Shown one piece after another: positions 23,001 to 33,791 of a stretch of 64,000 nt of DNA. Position numbers and translations under genes: made by a program. Position 1 is the first letter of the stretch; each line of letters begins with the position of its first letter. The notes under the pieces are model-generated. The model made no database searches. It saw only the letters and a program-made list of their open reading frames with translations, and was not told the DNA's origin. The DNA is taken from positions 4,082,689-4,146,688 of the forward strand of contig CM074809.1 in NCBI GenBank assembly GCA_037447605.1. The letters are read 5' to 3'. This stretch comes from Zygnema circumcarinatum SAG 698-1b (lineage: Eukaryota; Plantae; Zygnematophyceae).

Positions 23001-24814
23001 ATACATTTGCGCACAATTTACAAAAACCACGGACTGTGCTGATGCGTAGAACCCTGACGTGCTCTGAAGCAGAAGAATACACCTCCTCTTGAACATATTA
23101 TTGACCTGCTTAGGCTCGAGGCAGTAAAAGGGAGTCCAAAGTGAAATTGCAGCTTACCTGCTCTGCCAGTAATGTGATGTTTGATCCGGCTGAAAGGGCG
23201 ACAACACGGAACCGCTCCGGATATTCCGCTACGATGTCTAATGTCTGAAGCAACAAAGGTCGATTTAGTGAGCTTCACCCGCACTATTATGAGCCTTGAT
23301 GAGTCTGACGATCACTAGTTGTCTGCCCTTCCTTAATCCTTACTGAAGCTGACCTAAGCCATCAGGCTATGGGGTTTTCACGGGTTAAGGGACTAAAGTT
23401 TAGACTTGCAACCTGAGTGCCTATGGATCCGGTTGACCCGAGCAGAGAAATCGGCTTTGGAGCGTCCCAAGTGTACGGATTTGTAGGCGGGGGAACTCTC
23501 CCTGGCCATGCTGGCGGCACCGTGTTGGCCGAACAGGTTGTGCCAGCTGTCCGCTTCTGACTGGCCACACTTACAGCGTGTCTCTGCTTCCTACCTGCCA
23601 ACAGTCTCCCCTAAATGTGTCAAATCGTGGCATCGTTTTCTTCTTTTTACTTGATCAAATTTGATGGAGATAAAGATACTGACCATATCAAATTATAATA
23701 AGGAATGCCTGAAAGACCAGGTCCCTGGAGTTTGAAAACATAAAAAATAATGCCAGTGACAGAATGCATCGCACGATACAAAATAGGAAGGACCCTGTCA
23801 CTTTTATAACAAAGAGCCGCAATTATAAAGGTTCATGTACTAGACATAAACCAGGAAACAAAAAACTGCTGCCATCAAACAGCAACGACCAACTCCAGCT
23901 TTTTACTGTTTGATGAATTTAGAAATGATCACTACAAAAGTTTCCGTTCACTCACTTGTAAGCTTCACTCCTGAAAAGAGTTTCGGAAGCTGCGTAGCAC
24001 CACAGCTCTGCATTCACCCTTAAAACAAAGTTACCAACATAGAAACAGAGAATCCGTCCGCGACTCTCAACTCGGCACCACGATAAGATCACACATAATT
24101 CTTGGAAGCGGCATAATAGTCTTTAATTAGCCGAACTAAATGAAGGCGATAAAGCTTAAGCATCAGCAACTGTATTTAGCAAGAGGCACCGATCGTGGCT
24201 AAGAGCGAAACAACACGCATTAGCCTTCTGATCATCTCAGCTCTGCTCTTCTTCTGATTTCTCCCTCTCCATCTCTCTCTACCTCACCCTCCATTCTCCT
24301 TTTTCAAATTATTGCCCCTTTCTCTATTTTTTCATCTCTATGTCTCACTCTCTGCTTAGAACGTCTCCACTCCCACTCCCTTCACCTCCCGTCATGTCAC
24401 CACTCCTCTCCCTTTCCCCTCCTTCTCCATTTGCCTGCCTTTCACCCTTCCACACTTATCGCTCCTAATCTCTGCCTCCTCCAACCTCCTTCCTTCCTCT
24501 CTTCTCACTTCCCTTTCCCCGCATCTCGCACTCACTCCCGTTTCCTCTCTGTCTCCGCATCGCCTCACTCCTCCCTATCTCCTTCCCTTTTTACTATTCC
24601 ATAACTCACACATTATCCTCTCCTCTCCTCCTTTTCCTCCCTTCCCTACCTCATTTCCTCCTTCCCTCCCTCCCTCCATCCCACCCATCCCGCACCCCCA
24701 AGCCGTACACCGTTCTCTAACACTCACGTTGCAAAAATCCGCGTCCGTTCCCCCCACCACAGAGCTTCCCCGTGTCGGCAGCAGGAACGCTCTGGAGGCG
24801 GTGGCAGCAGCCAT
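20027..24814 (-). CDS. DXR: 1-deoxy-D-xylulose 5-phosphate reductoisomerase, plastid-targeted (MEP pathway)
   Basis: Transit-peptide-like N-terminus; [106 protein letters not shown]; a small second exon ([17 protein letters not shown]) fixes the splice phase. Confidence 0.98.
22128..22165. repeat. (AAAC)n microsatellite in a DXR intron
   Basis: Run of about 9 AAAC units next to the acceptor of the PTVAAIEAG exon. Confidence 0.9.
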
Positions 24815-24900
24815 GGCGGCGCAGGCCCCTTGAAATGAAGCAGGCAGAAGGAGAGAGCCTCATCGCCAGTGGTGCACTTTTGTGGCAGAGGGGCCTCCCT

Positions 24901-24990
24901 GCCACGTGGCGGCCAAGGAGGGGCTCACGATATTCCGTGCACAGCCCAAAATGTACGAGCCGTACCCGAAAGAGTAAGGTACGTTGTGCG
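24901..24990. promoter_or_regulatory. DXR upstream region: perfect G-box GCCACGTGGC plus CGTAC motifs
   Basis: GCCACGTGGC at 24901-24910; GTACGAGCCGTAC and GGTACG at about 24955-24985. Confidence 0.5.
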
Positions 24991-25749
24991 CGTATCCGAG
25001 GGGATGTGTGGTAACGGCACAGTTTAAGAGGGACGCTGGACGAAGCTTGACGTGACAGGGTGGGTGCTCGTGTCAGCTTTTGGGGCGCTTTATTGTCTGA
25101 GGAGACTCGTCAAATTTGTACCTTACATGCACACATTTTTCCCAAATGCCGAACAGGGTAGGGGGGGGGTCCATCTTGAAAGCAAAGTTTCTGAAGCCAC
25201 ACTGGTAGTCAACGCCACTTGGGCGCGAGATTTCAATATGACTGGTTTTCTTTTCGCATTAACATTCACAATAATACTTTTATTTTTCTTTTTCTTGATG
25301 GCATCGCCATCGCGAGATCAATGCCAAATCCCTTCTTTTCTTTTTTGGGCCAAAGACATCGGTGGCATGGTACAGCCACACAGCCGCACTTGACTGGTGG
25401 GACTGACGGCCATTGAGCGACATGAAGGGAGTCAAATCGGAACAACGGACCGTTGCAGCGCTGGGTATTCTCCGGCCTGCAATAGGCGCTGTGCTGTGGC
25501 GACAACGGGGGCATGGCGTGACAAATGGTCACATGCTCTCCCCGGCCTGTTGACAAAACACGCGGTGAAATCTCTCATACTGCGCGACGCTGTCTTACAG
25601 TTTCCGCATGATACAAAAAATGCCAAGACGAGGCTATTGTGCCACAATACAATTTCATTCCTATGGAGTCGTTTGTCTTCTCCGACTGCAAGATTAGGCT
25701 TTTATTTACAGATGGTTCACAGACTACAAAGTCCATCAGCTTCAGGTGT

Positions 25750-28694
25750 TCAGACAACTGAAGCCTCCCACCGCTCACGAAAGAGCCGGAACTCCTCCTG
25801 GCATCTGGACCTCACCTGAAAAAGAGTTGTCACGAAGCGACAAGGTTAGAGCCAAAGTCTTAATGGGGGACTCCTAGCCACTGTCGGTATGACTTCTAGC
25901 ACGGTTTCCTTTCCAGAATTAAGCTTCCTTCTTCGTTCTTCAAAGGTCAACCCACTGAAAGAAGCTCCTTGACGAATAAAGTGATGGCTTGCGAGCTTAC
26001 CATGTCTCTCGATTTCTCTCCCAAGTTCGACGAGAGTCCTTTACCGAGAGAGCGTGTGCTTTGATGCACGATCCACTCCTTGTCCACCACCCCTATGCTC
26101 TCATGGGGCAGGCCCTCCACACACGACCCCAGTTGGAAGTCGATGCCCCACCCATGCACCAAGTCATTCTGCACATCACATGATGATGATGGTCAGATGA
26201 TGATCACGATATCCTCGGCCTCCTTCCGTTCCCTACAGTGGCATTACGGACCAGAGGGGCATCATAGCATACATTGCGGATGGAGGGAGTATAAGAATAC
26301 CTGAATCATGTGCCAGACGCACCGCCAAGCACGCCTCGAGAAGACTGGAGCCATAATCTCGACAAACCTGCACTTGCATCGCGGAAAATACAACGTGCTG
26401 TCATTTGCAGAATGTTACAAAGAGAAATTCTCAAGTCTTTTCCCTCTTTTTCCGTTTTTTCCTCTTTTCTCTCTTTTCCCCGTTTTCCCTCTTTTCCCTC
26501 GTTTCCCTCTTTTCCCCCTTTTCCCTCTTTTCCCCCTTTTCCCCCTTTACCCCATTTTCCCCTTTTTCCCGCTTTTCCCTCGTTTCCCCCTTTTCCCCTT
26601 TTTCCCCCATTTTCCCTTGTTTCCCTCTTTTCCCTCTTTTCCCGCTTTTTCCTCGTTTCCCTCGTTTCCCTCTTTTCCCCCTTTTCCCGTTTATCCCGTT
26701 TTCCCCTCTTTTCCCTCTTTTCCCTCTTTTCCCTCTTTTCCCTGTTGCATCCCGGTGCATCCAATCCGCAATAGCCTCCATGGTTGACCGTACATGAGAT
26801 AAAAGGAGGGCTATCAGGGGCAAATGAGGTATTAGTGGTTCAACTTTGTTTTCGAGCTATAAAGGAAGCGGTTATGAGGTCACCCTCCACATGGCGGCAC
26901 CGGATTGGCCTTGTCGCAACGCTCCCTCCAAGATCGACTCTGGCTTGTGAAGTGGTGAACATCGACGCTGCCAGGCTGTCGCCGTGTGATTGGGTATGAT
27001 AACTTTGTCGTATTGTCAATTGCAGGCTGCGATATCTGCAGACTATGCTTCTCCACTATCTCCATGTATCTGCGTGAGTCACATTGAAGTACAACAGTAG
27101 TCAATTAGCCCTATCACGAGACTTCTATGGGTGAAGCTTCCAATTGATCATTCGTCGACAATACATGTTGCCGGTAACTGAATTAGGGGGCTACCAACGA
27201 GACCTCAAAACGGTCGGAAAGTGGTGTCGCCATACCGAGTCCCATGGAAATTATCTATGCCTAGGTCCTCATCCCAGAGAAAAATGTAATCGTAGGCCTG
27301 TACCACAGCTGGATGAAGAAACCGCTTAGCAAACCACCTGCAAATCATCCTTCCAGGAAATTTAGAAGTTCTTTTATTTCTGTTTTTTTTAGAGAGCTTT
27401 TCCAAGTTCTTGGCCTTCTGTAGTCCACTTCCATGATTTAAAAACGTGCGTACGAACAGGAGAGCATGTGTAACAGCGCACCATTTGGTTTGTTGAAGTG
27501 CTCCCACGTGGACTGCCCTTTCACTCCACTCAAGATCACTCCATTCGCTGATAGCATTGTCATAGTGGAAAATCACACGTGTGAAATTTTCCTCAGGAAA
27601 CTGCGGCGCAACAATTGAAGCACAGTTCAACATGGCCATCCACTGAAGCTGTACTAGCTGGTGCCAGAAAAAACTACATTTAACATGTAGGCTTCATTCA
27701 CAATTCCGCTCTAACTGCTAGAAATCGGGCCTTCGATTTTTTTTTTAGCCCCGTACCTTCTTTATCATGGCATCCACATTCTGTTTCTGTTTGAGCCCTG
27801 CCGCAATGACTAAGAGCCCGCGGGGATGATATCTTAAATCCTGCACAACGAGCATAAGTTTGAGATTCTTAATCCATCCCAACACGTTGTTTCATATAAA
27901 AAACGCAGCACACACAGGTATCGCCCAGAAAAGACCAAATGAGCACATTACAGCGCCTATAGCTTCGGTTTCTAAGGTCTTGAAATTTATCTGTCCACCC
28001 CTATTCAATACCTCCTCTGGAGCTCCCCACTGTCGTCGCAAGTACATGTCAGAATACGCTTCGATCATCCTACTCGGCAATTTCTCCAGCCCGTCTCCAT
28101 CTCCTTCCCCCTTTGCAATTTTTATAGCAGCTGAAGTACAAGTGCAATTGTTCCTCTCGGCTTCATTTGAATCAAGATTTTCCAAGGGACCCGTCGGCTT
28201 GCCCTCAACTTCCCTTAACAATCGATGCGTAGAAGACATGAATTTACTGTTTGAAAGAGACTGTTGGTGAAAACCAGCTGGGCGACAAGGCTCCCGGAAA
28301 ACCTGTATCACGTAGAATGAAGCATTAGCCGTATAGAGTCGGGAGACAAAAAAATATGATTCCGGTATTGGAGCTTTGAGCAGGTTGCTACATTCAAGAA
28401 ATAATTCTTTCTCATTATTATATACGGGAGCTTGCAAACTGAGCTGTACGTGTGTATACGGCGTGGAAACGAAAGCATTTTTTGTAACGCAATCCCTTAC
28501 TGAAAGTTGAAACTGAATTGAAAGTACCCCCTGACCGGAACTTGAAACTGAATTTCACGTTCAGGAGTGCAGAATTGGCAGCATACATTCTTAGAAAAGT
28601 AGCTGCCTGCAAGGAGACCACATAAGAAAGTGGTGAGGGGAATTTTAAATAGGCGCATGGTCTCATTTATCGATATTGGCCAAACATCGGCCAT
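25750..28694 (-). CDS. DUF707-family protein (putative type II membrane glycosyltransferase-like); apparent 1-bp frameshift
   Basis: GLEKLPSRMIEAYSDMYLRRQWG, FHYD..SEWSDLEWS..AVH....QTKWWFAKRFLHP, YDYIFLWDEDLG, ISQPA, FVEIMAPVFSRRAWRCVWHMIQNDLVHGWGIDF, IGVVD..WIVHQ, VRSRCQEEF..F..R. Start codon uncertain (28694 or 28658). One exon has a phase mismatch at 27769-27771. Confidence 0.88.
26438..26743. repeat. 9-bp-period pyrimidine-rich minisatellite (TTTTCCCTC/TTTTCCCCC/GTTTCCCTC)n in a DUF707 intron
   Basis: About 34 degenerate 9-mers lying between the PPCGG and FVEIMAPV exons. Confidence 0.92.
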
Positions 28695-29354
28695 CGGGGC
28701 CTGCAAGTATCCATTGGAGAAGGAACGCAGTCAGTTGCATCCACTGACAACAATCGCCGACATTGTTGACGGCAATGAAAACATTGACGACACTGCATGA
28801 CGCCTGTTTCGTGAGCCTCTTTGTTAGACGTTACAAGATAACAACACTGATTCTGTTCATTCCAGAATATAGAGCTCATACACGTCTTGGCAAAACATAT
28901 TTTGCAATATCGACTGAAATATTGTAGCGAACCAGTTAAGAGACTGCTTCTGAGTCGTTTTTGGATATGCTCACAAATTCACGTTATTTAAAATCCCATC
29001 TAACCAATGGATAACGTTTCAGTGCTTCTTGTCCCGTCAACTGTTTGGAAAAACTCATTAAGTTTGTCTCTCTGGTGCAATACCTTCAGCTGAATTTCAG
29101 ACTCTGCTACGCTCTCCGCTACACTCTACACTTTCTTGCTGCTGCCTTCTCGCGCTCGTTTCACTCTCTCCGCATCTTCCTCTCCTCTGCTCTCACTCTC
29201 CTCTCATCACCGTTTTCCCGTCCTCTCTCCACCTCCCTTGTTCTCGTTTTCCCCCTCCTCCGACACGTGAGAGGCCAGTGATCGGAGAGAGAGGGAGGGG
29301 GAGAAGGAGGGCGAGAGAAAGAGAGACGATGGAAGCGAGGGTGAGCTGAAAGGG

Positions 29355-29580
29355 ACGCGCCACGTGGCGACGCCCCAGCCCCCCCCCCCCGGCCCATGCC
29401 ACGTGGCAGGCCCCCGCGCCTCGAGGGGCCACATTGGAGCCACCACCCGTCACGTCACCTGACGTGGCACAGCCTGAGAGCCACGTGGCACTTGTGTCCG
29501 CCCATCCGCGTGGGTGACATCTGACGTGTCGCACCGACGCGGCGTGACGTGACATGGTGTGGCAGGCCACGACGTGACAC
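29355..29580. promoter_or_regulatory. Dense ACGT-core (G-box and C/G-box) cluster upstream of the DUF707 gene
   Basis: GCCACGTGGC at 29359, 29398 and 29480; TGACGTGGC at 29460; further TGACGTG/CGACGTG at about 29522, 29546 and 29570. Confidence 0.6.
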
Positions 29581-29631
29581 CTTTCCCCTCTGGCGGCGTT
29601 GTTGTTGGCACAGTGCGCTTGGATGGAATTC

Positions 29632-29813
29632 AGGTCCTTGTGTGGCCAGTTCCTCGTGGTTCCCCATGATGGAATGAGGGCGTCGAGAGATGGTGAATGT
29701 TGTGGATATAATTGAGGTCCTCTGCGACCAGTTCCTCGTGGTTCCCCATGATGATTTTGTCCATGTACGTATGGCATCGCCATCGTGAGATCATCGTGGT
29801 TTTATGCCACATC
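29632..29813 (-). repeat. Dispersed ~90-bp hairpin element, copy C, with a tandem duplicate of its 3' half
   Basis: Reverse complement reads CTCACGATGGCGATGCCATACGTACATGGACAAAATCATCATGGGGAACCACGAGGAACTGGTCGCAGAGGACCT; CATCATGGGGAACCACGAGGAACTGG recurs at 29632-29672. Confidence 0.75.
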
Positions 29814-30581
29814 TCCCCTTCCCTCCTTTGGACGAAATGGGTGGACTAAGCAGCGGGTGGGTGGTAAGCAGCGTGTTCAACAACAGATCAAACATAGCAT
29901 AGAACATAGCGGCAGGTCGTCATGGAAGGAGCAACGTGCAAAAACGACCCCTTGCATCCAATGTTTACTGACTGATCCTCGAAATGAGTTGTTAAACCAA
30001 AGTACCCCTTTAAAGAACCCCGTCAAATGAAGAAGGTTCAAGCCATGGGGTTGGGATCTTTTAACATAGGGCTGGTCTCAGTTGAACCTAAGGTCAGGGC
30101 TTACTGCTCGCATCCCTCCCAACTGCGCGGTTCCATTTTCAACCTCTCAATGAACCCTCAAACATCTTCCTCCTTTCAATGAATAATAAGAATTGCATCA
30201 ACGATTCAACCATTGGGTTCAAGGTTTGCCAACCATTGTCAGCCAATGGTTGTAGCCACTAGCAACCATTGAAAAGGCAGCCAGCCAAGCGCGGCTAATC
30301 GCAACCATCGATTGGCGGCGGAGCAAGCAAAGAGTGGCTAGGCCATGACCGGCAATCCAACGGTCCGCCCACTTCCTGCCGGGTCTGCCCACCCTCGAGC
30401 CGTCCGATCGAGCCGTGCCAAGTGTCGGCGGCGCGGGGGTCCCGTGCCAAAACCCTAAGCCCGGAACAGACCTGCCCTGCCCTGCCCTCCCATATAGTTG
30501 ACACAGGCGGCCGTGGTAGAGCTGGTCTTGCAAACGCACGCCTGGGAGGGAGAGAGGGACTTGGGCGGGAAGGTGGGCGCG

Positions 30582-31207
30582 ATGGCTCTTCGGGGCCGCT
30601 TCGGCGCCTCGTCGGGGGAGATTATGCGCGAAGACGCCCATCCCTGCTCTCTGCATGTGAAGGCCTTCAGCTCGCTGGGAGCGCTTTTCGGAGGCATTGT
30701 CGGCATGCCGTTCTGCTACATGCACTATGGTATGCTTGCTGCCGGGACCCTTCTGTGTCGATTGTTTCTTCACCATTCGTCCCTTTGCCACCCGTTCGCG
30801 ATTGTCCTTTTCTGGCAACCAAGGCTTGTAGGTTCGGAAAATTTGCTGATTTTGGTCTGAAAGATAGTCTCCTCGTGAGTGTCTACGATTTGGACGTTTG
30901 TTTCATGTTTTCAAGAGTTGTTTGACCGCTCTTGTTCGCGGGGTAAACACTACCTGCTAGTGCCTTTTCTGTGCTCATTGTCGGTTTGACGTGGATTGTC
31001 TGCTCCTCCCGCGAGGAAGTTCTTAACTCGCTCGTTTTGTCACTCTCCTCCGTTTCAGGTCCTCTGACGACGCGTCCTCGGCTGATGAGGTGGTCTGCGG
31101 TTGGTGCGGCGAGCTGTGCTGCAGTTTCAGCCCTCCACAGTCTTCTTTGGGAGCCGGCATGTGAACCGCAGAATGTCGCCGCCTATGATCACGTGAAGAA
31201 AGGCTAA
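30582..31207 (+). CDS. Small 98-aa putative two-helix membrane protein, 2 exons
   Basis: Exons 30582-30729 and 31059-31207 (GT-AG, phase 1) give MALRGRFGASSGEIMREDAHPCSLHVKAFSSLGALFGGIVGMPFCYMHYGPLTTRPRLMRWSAVGAASCAAVSALHSLLWEPACEPQNVAAYDHVKKG*. Confidence 0.75.
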
Positions 31208-32679
31208 ATGACTAGTTCTTCATATTGTTGAGAAGCGTGCGTTTCTGGAAAGCCTCTTAGGGATCTTCAACGCTTGAGGTAGGTCGTCCTTCCTCAGGAC
31301 GCAATTGAGTCGTTGCTTCGGGTAGTTGTACACACTGAAGTTACGTCAGGAAAGCCCGATTCCATTTTGAAAGAGTTTAAGGCAACTTTGTTGGAGGTAT
31401 CGCGGCCTTTTTCGTCTGAATCATGGCTGGTCGGTTTCCTCTCGTTCCCTGTTGCCAACAATATGGTCTTTCCCTTGAATGATTCCCCTTCCGCGGATCA
31501 TTTGTCTGGGCGGTGGCCTCGACAACCACTTGACGACCAATATTACATATTCTTATACCATGCTACTCTTGCAAGAGTTTGAAGCCAAGAGAATGATCCT
31601 CCCCACCTTGATCCTTGCAGGGCGCCGGATTGGATTCTTTGGCCTGACTTGTTATGTATTGGCTTGATGCCTTCAGCCTGCTGTCATAATCTCTCGTCAG
31701 GTGAGACGACTGCTCTGAATTCCTGTTTGTTTTGGAATCACGAATCAAGTTCTCTTGTGTGGGTATTGTTTTCTCTGCCTTGCTTGTTGGCAGGTTTTAA
31801 CTAGTTTGCTGTTTTTGTTATTAAGGTATGTTTGGACATGTTGCTGATTTGTTTAGCATGTCTGTACATATTATATTGAAGGAGCTTTTTGAATTGATGA
31901 TCTGGTCGAGAATCGTGTCTGTCCTCTGCAGCCCTCATTTCTTAGTAAGGAATCTGGTTGGGTTAGTAGGTTGCTACTGACTTTGTATGTCTGCTGCTGT
32001 TCTACCATCTTTGGCGGCATTGATGATATAAGGTCTTGTCTGCAGTCACCAAAATTTGGTGTCATTGAAGAAAGACGTAACCTTTGGCTGTGGTTCTGAG
32101 CTGCCAATCCGGCTTTTTCTCTGCTTCCCCTTTTATAATTTTTCTGCATGTTTGCTTGCAGCCCTGTGGTTCGTTTACGGTCGTGGTTGCGCTGACCGAA
32201 GCGCAATATCTTATGTGATTGATCTGGGGCTGTGTTTGTCTTGCTTTGTGCCTCATGTTGCTTATGGAGCTGGCGCGTTCTACTTGTCTGTGTGCGTGTC
32301 CCTCAGGGTGTTGAAAGTAAGAGTGAGCACGATGACGATATTATAAGAACGGCCTTCTGAATTACATTGATGTTTTTCTCACTCCTACTCATTCTGAGTG
32401 CTCACTCCGTTCATTGTAAATGTTTACAAAGGTGAAGACTGCGTGAAGTGCTGTTTATAGATCAGCGTTTACTTCTTTGGCAATTAGTGGTGTTATTGCT
32501 CTACTGTCGAAGGTTGAGCCGTGACATCAAGGAAGTCAAGGCAGTGTTCCGAGGGAAGTTAGGATGCGAAGGATGATATAAATCTAATTATGGGTAATTT
32601 GCAACTGATTTCCATGATGCCCAACCTTGGAGACCTGACGCATCCTTCCCTTGTGCAAGATAGAAAATGAGAAATTGGA

Positions 32680-32788
32680 CGGCTATGGATATCATGCTGT
32701 CCGTCTTTGTTTGCCCTTGTTGTGTTCCCATTCGGCTATGGATATCATGCTGTCCGTTTTTCTTTGCCCTTGTTGTGTTCCCATTCGG
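32680..32788. repeat. 53-bp tandem duplication
   Basis: CGGCTATGGATATCATGCTGTCCG...CCCTTGTTGTGTTCCCATT at 32680-32732 and 32733-32785, 2 mismatches. Confidence 0.92.
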
Positions 32789-33791
32789 AAGTTTTGATGA
32801 GACTGCCGAAGCGTGCTAGCCGCGATGTTGACTGTGGAAATTGTTTGTGTTGCAGTTTCCAGGGAGTGTGTACCTGTGGCGGATGAGAAGCTGGCGAGGC
32901 TCGGGCACGTTTCAATTGCTCGTGGAGTCGTACTGAGTTGAAGATGAAGGCCTTTTGATTTTTTTTTTTGCATAGCTCAGATTCAGAACGGTGACAGTTT
33001 GCTGCACATGCCGGTTCGGGATAATGCTGTGATTCAGCCAAGCTGTAATTTATTTCTGGGCTGGAAATGCCTTTTCAGTTAAAAAAATAAAAGAAATACC
33101 GAAAATAAGATCAAAACCGTGCGCCTACCATGTAACTTTGTCACATCCAGCCAATTACTGTTTTCGATGTGTACTTTGTAATGTGCTGATGTTTGGCGCC
33201 CACAATCACCATGTGGTGATGGTTATTTGCACCTGCAGGTCCAATTACTGAGGGCTTTAACCCCCATCATGTATGAGAACCCCGGTGCTAATTACTGTTT
33301 TTGGTTCGGTTTACACCAAATGTCCCCTGTGAATTACCAGTCTACTCCCCATGATGAGATTTGATCTAGACTGAGGCACATCGCAAGCGAGAAGTGGCAC
33401 ACCCGTGAGTAGAGCAAATGTGAAACATCTTGGAACTTGATGAAAGAATGCTGGGAAGTTGCTTAGGGCTAAAAGTCGTGTCCAATAGCAGTTCTAAATT
33501 ATGTATGGAACTGTGAGGTAAGAACACAAGACGAGTGGGGCTGCTGCGAAGTCTGACAAACACGGACAGTCGACAGACATTCTAACATTTCCACCGGAAC
33601 TTCTTCAGCACTCCTCTTCGTAAGACAACTCTTTTACGGCCATCCATCCATCCCTAGCGCCGTGCCCCCACCCCTACAGCGAGCGCATTCGACGAAGGCC
33701 GCAGGGAGGGCAGGGAAGTTCCAGTCCCAGTCTCAATCCCAGTCTGAGTCCCAGTCCCAGCCGCGGTGAGGCGAGGCGAGGCGAAGCGAGG

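Noticed and set aside
25052-25819. 113-140 aa plus-strand ORFs between DXR and the DUF707 gene
   Set aside because: They overlap a repeat fragment and the DUF707 3' end in antisense; no coding signature recognised.
26306-26823. Several 130-159 aa ORFs on both strands (KRGKRE.../FPLFP...)
   Set aside because: Translations of the intronic 9-bp minisatellite; open only because the repeat lacks stop codons.
26438-33350. Possible CRISPR-like repeat/spacer structure in the periodic repeats
   Set aside because: No constant repeat with unique equal-length spacers, no cas genes, and the DNA is eukaryotic.
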